Shown here: piece by piece, positions 9,672 to 19,616 of the stretch
Layout of the letters: every line of letters starts with the position of its first letter
Numbering within the stretch: position 1 is the stretch's first letter
Source of the DNA: Aquificaceae bacterium
Lineage (GTDB): Bacteria > Aquificota > Aquificia > Aquificales > Aquificaceae
Assembly: GCA_037925075.1 (NCBI GenBank)
Contig: JAXSNR010000001.1
Location: 64,001 to 128,000, forward strand
Direction of reading: 5' to 3'
DNA: 64,000 nt
Program-made: the position numbers and the translations under genes
Notes under the pieces: model-generated
Told to the model about the DNA's origin: nothing
What the model saw: the letters and a program-made list of their open reading frames with translations, nothing else
Databases searched by the model: none

Positions 9672-11579
9672 TCATATGAACAACTTTTCATATATTTTTC
9701 TTAAAAAATTAGCAGTCTCTTCATCTTCACAGAATATATATGTACCCTTAATGCCCCTTGTTAAAAATATTCTATAACGGTTTATCAAAAGTTTATAAGC
9801 CCTTTCTTCTGCTTTTTTATCTCCATTTTTTCCAGCATTTATTAACTGTTTCAAACTGCGTTTGCCTATGTTATCTTCACAGTTATCTCCAATTTGCCAT
9901 TTACCATCTCTTATAACAAAATCACGACCCCATATAATACCCGCGTAATCTGTCTCAAACCCCTGGCACCCATATATCGAGGCACACTTTTCTAATTTAT
10001 TTGATTCACCCTTTACCCAGAATGGAACATAATCTTTTTTAGGGTCCATGAGCCAGTAAATATTCTTACCTAACCCCTTATAAATGTCCAATCCAGAAGG
10101 TAATGGATATCCGATACGAAGATTTTTCTCTGATTTTGGATGATCGTTATCCCCAGGCGATTCGGTAAAGGAGGCAATTAAAGCAACTTTAAATCCCTGG
10201 TTCTTTTTATCCTCCAGTAATGAAAATAACTCATCTATATGAGAACACACTTTAAAATCATAATTATCTTTCCATGAATTTATATTGTCTTTTGAAAGAT
10301 TATTTGGATTTTCTAGAAGGTTTTCTACAAACTTATGGTATTGTTCTCCTCCCTGTGTTCTATAAAAACCTTTTAAAAATTTCATTTCTATTGTCTTACT
10401 TTGTCTTTTTGCTTCATTAACAAAATTTTCAGTAGTACCCTCCTCTTCCTCGTTCAGTATCTGGCCCTCATCATAAAAGAAAACAGCTACCCTCCCTCTT
10501 TGCATTGCATAATGAATATTTTCCCTTGTCATCCTTTGAGCTTCATCATATATTACAATATCAAACTTACCACCTTCGAAGTTCTTTTCAGCAATACCTT
10601 TATAATTTCCTTTCGGGCCAACTGAATAAAATTTAATAGGGTCACTAAGGCCATGTCCAATTGAGTCAAAAATACTTTTTATTGAATTTATTAACCTATT
10701 ATTACGGTAAGCCAATATTGTTTCATAGTTATTACTAAAACTATTTAGTAAAAGATGAATTGCAACAAGAGTTTTCCCAGAACCAGGTGCACCTTGAACA
10801 AGGTATACTATGTCTTTTGCATTATTTTTAACATCCATCATTATTTCGTTTATAAGCTCTAATTGCTCCAAAGATAGTCCCCATCCATTTTCTGCTAATG
10901 TCAGATAACTTTGTTTTTGTATTTCTTCAAAATGTTGCTTTATAGCATCAAATAGCTTTTTTGACTGCTTATACTGGCCTTTAATAAATCTTTCTATGGT
11001 TTCATGATCAAGAGTTGATCTGAGATGCGAGCTTATGAAGTCTTTTAATTTTTCTTTGTCGTTTTTGTAAAAAACTTGTATATCATTAAACTTTATTTCT
11101 ACGTCGTTTTCATTAGCGTTGTACATCAGAACTGCTGGTATTATATTGAAATTTTCAGATTCTGAATGAGAAAATATAATCTTCCCAACATAATTTTTTA
11201 CTTGATACTCTGGGTGTGTTGTTATCCCAATATCGCTTTCAATGAGATATTCATGAGAGCATCCATTTGCTTTTTTCCATCCTTTTAGTTCAAAAACAAT
11301 AATGGTAGGTTTGTCGTTCTTATCTTTTCCAAATATAATCAGGTCAATTCTTTCATCACTAAATGGTAATCTGTATTCAAAAACCACAGTTAGGTTGTGT
11401 AGCTCATTATAATTAAGAGCCTCCTTTAAAAAATCTATTGATGATTTCCATGCGTTTATCTGTTCAATATCTGGCTGATCACCATATATAATTCTAAAAC
11501 TATTTTTAAAGGCGTATAACAGTATGTTTGAGTCTTTGACTATAAAATCCCTTATAAGACCGGTAAATATATTGTTCAT
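9672..11579 (-). CDS. DUF2075-family nuclease/SF1-like helicase (Schlafen group 3-like helicase domain)
   Basis: 635 aa; FEY...RIDL...FELKGW nuclease motif, Walker A GAPGSGKT, DEAQR, SIYGCQGFETDYAG, LTRGIKG; GGAGG RBS; AT-rich. Confidence 0.85.
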   Translation of the reverse strand: MNNIFTGLIRDFIVKDSNILLYAFKNSFRIIYGDQPDIEQINAWKSSIDFLKEALNYNELHNLTVVFEYRLPFSDERIDLIIFGKDKNDKPTIIVFELKGWKKANGCSHEYLIESDIGITTHPEYQVKNYVGKIIFSHSESENFNIIPAVLMYNANENDVEIKFNDIQVFYKNDKEKLKDFISSHLRSTLDHETIERFIKGQYKQSKKLFDAIKQHFEEIQKQSYLTLAENGWGLSLEQLELINEIMMDVKNNAKDIVYLVQGAPGSGKTLVAIHLLLNSFSNNYETILAYRNNRLINSIKSIFDSIGHGLSDPIKFYSVGPKGNYKGIAEKNFEGGKFDIVIYDEAQRMTRENIHYAMQRGRVAVFFYDEGQILNEEEEGTTENFVNEAKRQSKTIEMKFLKGFYRTQGGEQYHKFVENLLENPNNLSKDNINSWKDNYDFKVCSHIDELFSLLEDKKNQGFKVALIASFTESPGDNDHPKSEKNLRIGYPLPSGLDIYKGLGKNIYWLMDPKKDYVPFWVKGESNKLEKCASIYGCQGFETDYAGIIWGRDFVIRDGKWQIGDNCEDNIGKRSLKQLINAGKNGDKKAEERAYKLLINRYRIFLTRGIKGTYIFCEDEETANFLRKIYEKLFI

Positions 11580-11580
11580 T

Positions 11581-11661
11581 TTATACCTCCCTTAAGTTTT
11601 TCATTACCATAATCTGTACTTTGTTGTAAACCTTAAATTTAGTTTCCCAGCGGAATCTCAT
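11581..11661 (-). pseudogene. Type I R-M specificity subunit (hsdS) N-terminal relic
   Basis: GGAGG RBS then MRFRWETKFK..., resembling the KFRWETEFKETEIG N-termini of thermophile HsdS; ends after 26 aa just before the DUF2075 ATG. Confidence 0.5.
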
Positions 11662-11702
11662 AACTCCTCCCGTTTAATCTTTAGAACATTATATCTTCAA
11701 TC

Positions 11703-11852
11703 CTAATGATTTTTGTCTTCAAAGGGAATGCCCCCTTCTTCGGGTTTAATGCCAACATGCGTGCTAAGTTCAAGAGCCACATATTTATACTCATGAGCTT
11801 CAACCTTCCCTCTTAATTTATCCACCGCTTTCCAAAGTTCATCCTCAAAAGA
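11703..11852 (-). pseudogene. Internally deleted Type I R-M methyltransferase (hsdM) relic
   Basis: SFEDELWKAVDKLRGKVEAHEYKYVAL (HsdM N-terminal LWKAADKLRG..EYK motif) fused to HVGIKPEEGGIPFEDK (HsdM C-terminal YVG..EDDGEPFEEK motif); no start codon. Confidence 0.7.
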
Positions 11853-11854
11853 CT

Positions 11855-12370
11855 TCAGACTATCCTGAATATATCCCCTAAGCTTCTTCTTGGTGTAGGT
11901 AGTGGCTCTTCCGCTGGGTATCCTACGGTAAGTATGGCTACGGGTTTTAACTCTTTTGGTGCGGACAGGCTAGACTTTAGACCTGCTTCTTCAAAGGCTC
12001 CTATCCAGCATGTGCCAAGTCCAAGGGCTACCGCCGCAAGCTGGGCATAGGCACAGGCTATGGTGGCATCTTGCACACAGTAAAGTTCTGCTCCCCTTTT
12101 GCCATACTTTATTGCACTCCTTGATGGGTTCGCAAAGAAGACAAAAACCACGGGAGCCTGTGCTATAAACCATTGGCTCAGAGCCCACCGGGCAACTTCC
12201 GCCTTTTTTGCTTCATCAAGGATTACCATCACCTCATAAGCCTGAAGATTTCCCGCAGATGGCGCACTCCTTATGGCTTCCATTATCTTTATGAGCTTTT
12301 CTTCTTCAACGGGCTTTTTCTGATAGCTTCTTATAGAATGTCTGTTTTTTAGCACTTCAAAGAACTCCAT
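11855..12370 (-). CDS. Nitroreductase family protein
   Basis: RHSIRSY, APSAGNLQ, GLGTCWIGAF, TVGYP motifs. Confidence 0.92.
   Translation of the reverse strand: MEFFEVLKNRHSIRSYQKKPVEEEKLIKIMEAIRSAPSAGNLQAYEVMVILDEAKKAEVARWALSQWFIAQAPVVFVFFANPSRSAIKYGKRGAELYCVQDATIACAYAQLAAVALGLGTCWIGAFEEAGLKSSLSAPKELKPVAILTVGYPAEEPLPTPRRSLGDIFRIV
11859..11889. repeat. 31-bp direct repeat N, copy 2 (native nitroreductase 3' end)
   Basis: actatcctgaatatatcccctaagcttcttc, 30/31 identical to 8283-8313. Confidence 0.95.
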
Positions 12371-12992
12371 CTTTTAAAAGCTCCTCCACCTCTGAGTCTT
12401 CCACCTGTCTAAAATCTTTGTAAAACATGCCCACTGCAAAGCTACCGCTCTCGGAGGTGTGAAGACAATAAACTTCGTCCGCATGCTCTTGCAGTCTTTT
12501 CATGCTTTCCACAGGACACACGGGTACGGCGACCAAAACCCTTTTTGCACCCTTTCTTTTTAGGTACTCCACTCCGGCGATTACCGTCTGCCCTGTGGCT
12601 ATACCATCATCCACCACAAGAACCACCTTATCCTTTGCCTCCAACTCTTTACCCTTTAAAAACTTTTCTTCTCTTTCCCTTATCTTTTTCAGCTCCTCCT
12701 TTGCAACCTTTTCTATGTCCTCTTGGGAAAGTCCAAAGTAATCCACAGTCCATCTGTCTGTGTAGATCCTTCCACCAGGGTCTATGGCTCCAAAGGCAAG
12801 CTCAGGGTTTGAGGGAACGCCCAACTTTCTCACTATAAGAAGGCTTAGGGGCACGCCAAGAGTTTCTGAAACCTCCTTTGCCACCACCACGCCACCCCTT
12901 GGTACTCCAAGCACAAGGTCCACATCTTTTACCTTCTCCTTCAAAAACTCTCCTAAAAGTTTTCCCGCTTCTTCCCTGTTTTTAAAGACCAT
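12357..12992 (-). CDS. Type I phosphoribosyltransferase family protein
   Basis: FKNREEAG, GVPRGG, VVDDGIATGQT; start reassigned to ATG 12992 (MVFKNR), which avoids overlap with the divergent gene. Confidence 0.88.
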   Translation of the reverse strand: MVFKNREEAGKLLGEFLKEKVKDVDLVLGVPRGGVVVAKEVSETLGVPLSLLIVRKLGVPSNPELAFGAIDPGGRIYTDRWTVDYFGLSQEDIEKVAKEELKKIREREEKFLKGKELEAKDKVVLVVDDGIATGQTVIAGVEYLKRKGAKRVLVAVPVCPVESMKRLQEHADEVYCLHTSESGSFAVGMFYKDFRQVEDSEVEELLKDGVL

Positions 12993-12995
12993 GTC

Positions 12996-13005
12996 TATAA
13001 TTTTA
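12996..13005. promoter_or_regulatory. Bidirectional -10 element TATAATTTTA
   Basis: Reads TATAAT on + (9 nt before ATG 13011) and TAAAAT on - (7 nt before ATG 12992); no SD on either side. Confidence 0.6.
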
Positions 13006-13010
13006 AAGTC

Positions 13011-13298
13011 ATGGGCAAGCATAGAAAAAATAAGGTGAAGTTAGAGCACCATCTTTTGGAAGGGCTTAGTGAATATCTGGAAGAGCTTTCTCGCATGGAA
13101 TCCGTTAGCTCCATAATACCGGGTAGGATAATAAGGCAGAACGGGGGTAGAGGCTCACGGGGGCTTTTTCTAAAATACAGGACAAGCTCTGGCTATAAGC
13201 TCTTGTACAAGATTGGCACATCTGTGCAAGAGGTTTTTGTGGTATGCAAGGACCCACAAGCCTTTGAAAAAGCCTTTGCGGAGAAAATAAAGCTATGA
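13011..13298 (+). CDS. DUF2103-like small protein
   Basis: KLEHHLLEGL...IIPGRI...GYKLL...VQEVFVV pattern. Confidence 0.65.
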   Translation: MGKHRKNKVKLEHHLLEGLSEYLEELSRMESVSSIIPGRIIRQNGGRGSRGLFLKYRTSSGYKLLYKIGTSVQEVFVVCKDPQAFEKAFAEKIKL

Positions 13299-13786
13299 GG
13301 CTTTTAATTGTATTCCTGTCTTTTGTAAGCCTTTTGATGGCTCAAGAGGTGAAGGTTTCTGCCATAGTTCAGGGCAGGGTGGAAAAGGTGTTTGTAAAGG
13401 AAGGTCAGAGGGTAGAGAAGGGAGAGGTGCTTGTGCAAATAGACCCTGTGCTTTACACAACTCAGAAAAGGAGCCTACAAGCTCAGCTAAATCTTCAAAG
13501 GGTTGTATTGGAGAAGGTGGAGAGGGATTTTAGGAGGTATGAAGAGCTCTTCAACAGGGGGCTTCTTTCAAGGAGCGAATACGAGGACTGGAAAAGTAAG
13601 TATGAAAAGGAGCTTGCACAGCATGAATCTCTAAAGGCTCAACTTGATAGGATAGAAAAGCTTATAGAGTACTGCACCATAAGGTCGCCTGTAAGGGGTG
13701 TTATAAAAAGGCTCTTTGTCAGGGAAGGTCTTTTTGTAAATGGGACTACAAGCCCTGAAGTTTTACTACTTATTGAAGAAAGATAG
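13295..13786 (+). CDS. Short periplasmic adaptor-like protein (lipoyl-like halves plus alpha-hairpin)
   Basis: Signal peptide; VQGRVEKVFVKEGQRVEKGEVL...IRSPVRGVI; only 163 aa. Confidence 0.7.
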   Translation: MRLLIVFLSFVSLLMAQEVKVSAIVQGRVEKVFVKEGQRVEKGEVLVQIDPVLYTTQKRSLQAQLNLQRVVLEKVERDFRRYEELFNRGLLSRSEYEDWKSKYEKELAQHESLKAQLDRIEKLIEYCTIRSPVRGVIKRLFVREGLFVNGTTSPEVLLLIEER

Positions 13787-14442
13787 CTACCTTACCACTT
13801 CCCACTCGGTTATAAGATGGGCACCCCTCTTGAAGTGAGACCTAAGCCTTAGGTGAAGAAGGTTTTTTAGGCTTTTAAAGCCCTCTCCACCTACAAGTGT
13901 AGGCACATTCTCACCACCCACTATTACAGGTAGATGTATAAGCCTTATCTCGTCCACAAAACCCCTTCTGATGAATTCCCAGTTTATGGAGGCTCCACCT
14001 TCCACCATAAGGCTTTTTATTCCCTTTTCATACAGAAGAGGCATAAGCCTTTCAAAATCCACAAGGTCCTCACCCACCACCAACACCTCAGCACCCAAAG
14101 CCCTTATTTTTTGAATCTTTTCCTCTGGAGCTCTATTTGTGGTGACTATGATGGTGTGTGCGTCCTTTGAAAAGATGTTGGCATCCAGTGGTACGTTGGC
14201 GGTGGAACAGGGTATTATGCGTGTGGGGTTTTTGCCCTTTACATACCTGACTGTGAGGCTTGGGTTGTCCGTTCTGACCGTCTCACAACCCACCATTATG
14301 CCATCCACCTTTGCCCTTACTTCATGAAGATACCTGTAAGCCTCTTGGTCCATAAGGGTCATAAGCTCCTTGCTGGAAGCACCTCTATATAGGGTCAGCT
14401 TTCCATCCACGCTTACTTCGGAGACGATTATCACATAGGGCC

Positions 14443-14446
<4 letters not shown>
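13787..14446 (-). CDS. RibD C-terminal type pyrimidine reductase (Rib7/ArfC-like, no deaminase domain)
   Basis: RPYVI...SVDGK, VGCETVRTDNPSLTVR, LMVEGG, DEIRL. Confidence 0.85.
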
Positions 14447-16082
<1,636 letters not shown>

Positions 16083-16097
16083 TTAAGCAATTATACA

Positions 16098-16556
16098 CTA
16101 CTTTTCAAATCTGAAAAACACAGAAAGGTAGTCTTTTCCTATTTTGTACCTGCTTATGAGAAGCTTTTCTCTAAACTGCTTAGGTATCTTTTCATAGGTG
16201 TCCGTGAGCACCACAGCTAGCATTACATCTATGCCAAGGTATTCGCCTTCTTTACTAAAGCCCTCCAACTTCAAAAGCTGTTCAATACCATCCTTTGATA
16301 GGATTTTAAAGAAAGCCCATTGCTTGGAAGTTTCCCTATCCTTTCTAACCGTACCATCCACATCCGAAAGTCTTATCTCCTGATCCTTGCTTAGGAAAAG
16401 TACCTTTTTCTTTGTAAGAAGCCTAAGGATGCCATCCTTTATGTCAAAGTTCATGCCGGGGTATGCCTTTTTAAGTTCCTCTGGAGTTAACCTTATCTCT
16501 AACTCCGCATCTATAAGATTGCCGAAGTTTAAAAGGTCTTCAATAAATAAGCCCAT
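16098..16556 (-). CDS. Hypothetical protein
   Basis: 152-aa ORF filling the gap between same-strand genes; no motif recognised. Confidence 0.65.
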   Translation of the reverse strand: MGLFIEDLLNFGNLIDAELEIRLTPEELKKAYPGMNFDIKDGILRLLTKKKVLFLSKDQEIRLSDVDGTVRKDRETSKQWAFFKILSKDGIEQLLKLEGFSKEGEYLGIDVMLAVVLTDTYEKIPKQFREKLLISRYKIGKDYLSVFFRFEK

Positions 16557-16611
16557 AGGTATAAAAATATACCAGCACTTAAGGATTGCGAAAAGAAGGT
16601 TAGCTTTTAAG

Positions 16612-17952
16612 CTATAAGTTTTTCCTTATTTCTCTCCTGTAAGCCCAGTAGAAAATAAGAGCCCGCAGTGTGGTTTCAAAGCTCATAAAGACCCAAGGTA
16701 CCACTGGGTGTGGAAAGAGTTTTAATGTAAGCATGGAAGGTAATATCCTGAAAATCCAAAAGGAGGAGAGATTAACCAAAAGAGGTATATGGGTCTTACC
16801 CATGCCTTTTAGAGAACCAGAAAAGATGCTCGCGTAGGCCATCTGAGGCTGAGAGAGGGCAACTATAACAAGATAATAAACCGCATACTCTATCACTTCC
16901 TTGTCCCTTGTAAAGATGAGAGAAAAGTACTGTGGGAAAAGGGCTATAAAAAGCCCTATAGAGCCCATTATAATTGCGGTGGTGTGGGCACTTGCTCTAA
17001 CACCGTGGTCAAGCCCTTTGAAGTTCTTGGCACCCCAGTTTTGACCTGCCAGTGTAGTTGATGCAATCATCATACCAAAACCTATCATAAAGGAAACACT
17101 TTCTACTCTGAGACCCACTTGATGTGCCGCAAGGACCTTATCTCCAAACTGGGCCACAAGACCCACAAAGATGTTAAAGGAGAGGCTAGTAAAAGCCCTT
17201 TCTATGGCGGTGGGTGTGCCTATTCTAAGCATCTGAAAAAGCACAGCTCTTTTAAAGTTCAGTTTTAAGGGAAAGGGCTTTTTGTACCTTATGTACAGGT
17301 ATATGTAGAAAAGAAGACCCGCAAGCTCCGAAAGGGCTATACCCCAACCCGCACCTGCCACCTCAAGCCTTGGAAAACCAAATTTTCCGTATATGAGAAG
17401 GTACGCGGAGCCTATGTTTATCACATTCATAAGAAGGGCGGCCTTGAAAGGTGTTTTTGTGTCTCCATAGCCGTTGTATCCCGCATAAAGGGCGTTGGTT
17501 ATAAAGCCTACGGTTATAAACATAAAAACAGGCTTTAAGTATTCCCTTGCAAGGCTTGCGACCGTATGGGAAGCTCCAAAGGTGAGCATGAGATGTGCAA
17601 CAAGCTCCTCACCCCAGAAGGTTAGGGGTAAGGCTATCGCAAGGGAAAGAACCATACCCCAAAGAAGAGCTGGTGATGGGTCTTTGCCTGCTCCTACCCT
17701 TTGAGCCACAAGGACAGAGGTGCCCGTGTAGGCAAGAGCCATAAGGGAGTATATGAACCAAAGCATGCTGGTGGAATATCCTACCGAAGCAACCGCAGAA
17801 GCGGAAAGCCCAGAGACCAAAATTATAGAAAAGGCACTCTCTACAGTGTATAGCAGGTTTGACAGAATTATGGGGAGGGCAAGCCTTAGAACTCTACGGG
17901 CAACCTTTAACTTCCCTTCCGAGGGGTCTATAAGGATTCTGTTATCGGGCAT
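16612..17952 (-). CDS. MATE family efflux transporter
   Basis: About 12 TM segments; LALPIILSNL, GDTKTP, GQNWGAKN, GMGKT. Confidence 0.92.
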   Translation of the reverse strand: MPDNRILIDPSEGKLKVARRVLRLALPIILSNLLYTVESAFSIILVSGLSASAVASVGYSTSMLWFIYSLMALAYTGTSVLVAQRVGAGKDPSPALLWGMVLSLAIALPLTFWGEELVAHLMLTFGASHTVASLAREYLKPVFMFITVGFITNALYAGYNGYGDTKTPFKAALLMNVINIGSAYLLIYGKFGFPRLEVAGAGWGIALSELAGLLFYIYLYIRYKKPFPLKLNFKRAVLFQMLRIGTPTAIERAFTSLSFNIFVGLVAQFGDKVLAAHQVGLRVESVSFMIGFGMMIASTTLAGQNWGAKNFKGLDHGVRASAHTTAIIMGSIGLFIALFPQYFSLIFTRDKEVIEYAVYYLVIVALSQPQMAYASIFSGSLKGMGKTHIPLLVNLSSFWIFRILPSMLTLKLFPHPVVPWVFMSFETTLRALIFYWAYRREIRKNL

Positions 17953-18688
17953 AGGCTTTCATTACCTGAAGAGTCTTTTCATAGCCAAGCCTGTATATTT
18001 CATCCGCCTTAAGGAGGCTCAAAGGAGAATAAGAATACAGGTCTGGCTCTATCAAAACATGGCACAGCTCTTTTCTTTTCTCCGTGTTAGACCTAACAGC
18101 CAAAAGAAAGCTTCTCACAAGTATCTGAAATATATTCCCAACCCTTTCAAGTGGTGTGTTTGGGTTTACGTCAACGCCCACAAGCATACCTTCCATACCT
18201 AAGAGGGGCTCAACGGGTAGGTTGTTGGTTATACCACCATCCATAAGGATGTAGCTTTTATACCTTACAGGCTCAAATATGCCCGGTAGGGCACAGCTAC
18301 CCAAAAGAAGGGGAAAAAGGCTACCACTGTCAAAATAGTGAGTCTTACCACTTTTTATATCCACCGCACCTATAAAAAGCCTTTTGCTTAAGTCCTCTAT
18401 CCTCTCCACAGAAAGCATGCTTCTTAGATACTTTTCCGCATGTTTTAGAGATATAAGCCCAAGCCTTGGCACTGTGGGTCTAAGGTATTTTAGCCACTCC
18501 CTTGACTTTACCACTTTAAGCATCTCTTCCGGAGTGTAGCCATCGCAGTAAAAGGCACCTACCAAAGCCCCCGCACTTACACCGCTTATGGCCCCTATTT
18601 CAAAGCCAAGCTCTTCAAGGGCTTTTATAACTCCTACGTGTGCAATACCGCGAGAGGCTCCACCAGAAAGTGCAAGATTAACCTTCAT
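17942..18688 (-). CDS. Patatin-like phospholipase
   Basis: LSGGASRG, GVSAG, DGG motifs. Confidence 0.92.
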   Translation of the reverse strand: MKVNLALSGGASRGIAHVGVIKALEELGFEIGAISGVSAGALVGAFYCDGYTPEEMLKVVKSREWLKYLRPTVPRLGLISLKHAEKYLRSMLSVERIEDLSKRLFIGAVDIKSGKTHYFDSGSLFPLLLGSCALPGIFEPVRYKSYILMDGGITNNLPVEPLLGMEGMLVGVDVNPNTPLERVGNIFQILVRSFLLAVRSNTEKRKELCHVLIEPDLYSYSPLSLLKADEIYRLGYEKTLQVMKAYAR

Positions 18689-19151
18689 GTATTAAAAGAA
18701 TAGTGCAAAAACAGGCTATTCCATCGTACTTACAAAAGCCCTCTGTGCTTTTACCTTTTATGGATATGTTCTCTGGTGCCACAGACAAAAGCTCCGAAAG
18801 GTTCTTTTTTATGGCTTCTTTGTGAGGTGCTATCTTTGGCTTGTCTGCTATAAGCACACAGTCAAGGTTAAGTATTCTGTAGCTTTTTTCTTTCATTCTT
18901 CTTAGGGCTTCTTGAAGGAAAAGCCTTGAGTCTGCGTTTTTCCACCTTGGGTCCTTGTCTGAAAAAATCTGCCCCATGTCTGGCTCTCCAAGGGCTCCAA
19001 GGATGGCGTCGGTTATGGCATGAAGTAGCACATCCGCATCTGAGTGTCCCTTTAAGCCCACAGAAGACTCAATGACTACTCCACCAAGCTTAAGGGCTTT
19101 TCCTTCCTCAAAAGCATGGGAGTCAAAGCCAAGCCCTATTCTTATGTTCAT
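18678..19151 (-). CDS. ispF: 2-C-methyl-D-erythritol 2,4-cyclodiphosphate synthase
   Basis: RIGLGFDSH, GHSDADVLLHAITDAILGA. Confidence 0.95.
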   Translation of the reverse strand: MNIRIGLGFDSHAFEEGKALKLGGVVIESSVGLKGHSDADVLLHAITDAILGALGEPDMGQIFSDKDPRWKNADSRLFLQEALRRMKEKSYRILNLDCVLIADKPKIAPHKEAIKKNLSELLSVAPENISIKGKSTEGFCKYDGIACFCTILLIHEG

Positions 19152-19576
19152 TGGTTGAGAAATTGCATAAAGTAGAAGATAAGCCAGCCTGTTATGGCTA
19201 CATAAATCCAGACAAAGGCGGTTATTGGAGCTATCTTCCTGTGCCTTTCAAAAAGCCCCTTAAGGGCATACCTCAAGGTTATAACCGCAAGGGGGAAATT
19301 CACTATGGCAAGGGCTGTGTGGGACCAAAGGATAAAAAGAAAAAGCCCCCTATAGGGTCCCTCGTACCTTCCAACGGGCACAAGCCCCTGAGCCTGAAGT
19401 AGGTTCCTAAGGATGTAAAGGAAGACAAATATAAGGGCAAACACGGAGGCGGTTATCATAGCCCTTTTGTGTGCCTGCCTTTTCCCAGCCTTTATGAGTA
19501 TTACACCAAGAACTATGGCAATGCCACTTACGGATATGGTGAGCATACTTAGAAGAGTTATAAAAGTGGTGAGCAT
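19148..19576 (-). CDS. DUF420 family membrane protein
   Basis: Four TM segments; HKRAM, SHTALA, HRKIA, WIYVAITG. Confidence 0.8.
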   Translation of the reverse strand: MLTTFITLLSMLTISVSGIAIVLGVILIKAGKRQAHKRAMITASVFALIFVFLYILRNLLQAQGLVPVGRYEGPYRGLFLFILWSHTALAIVNFPLAVITLRYALKGLFERHRKIAPITAFVWIYVAITGWLIFYFMQFLNQ

Positions 19577-19616
19577 GTAGTTTATTATACAAGTACAAAG
19601 GTGTTAAAATCTTAGT

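Noticed and set aside
9482..9675. Possible hsdR relic downstream of DUF2075 (MSYKKFE*..., RLDYALYF..., WDLATRGKVKEIALKIL)
   Set aside because: The position fits, but the similarity is too weak to call without BLASTX.
1446..11579. Complete DISARM or BREX system
   Set aside because: No DrmA/DrmB (DUF1998), PglZ or BrxC-like genes are present; only partial domain overlap.
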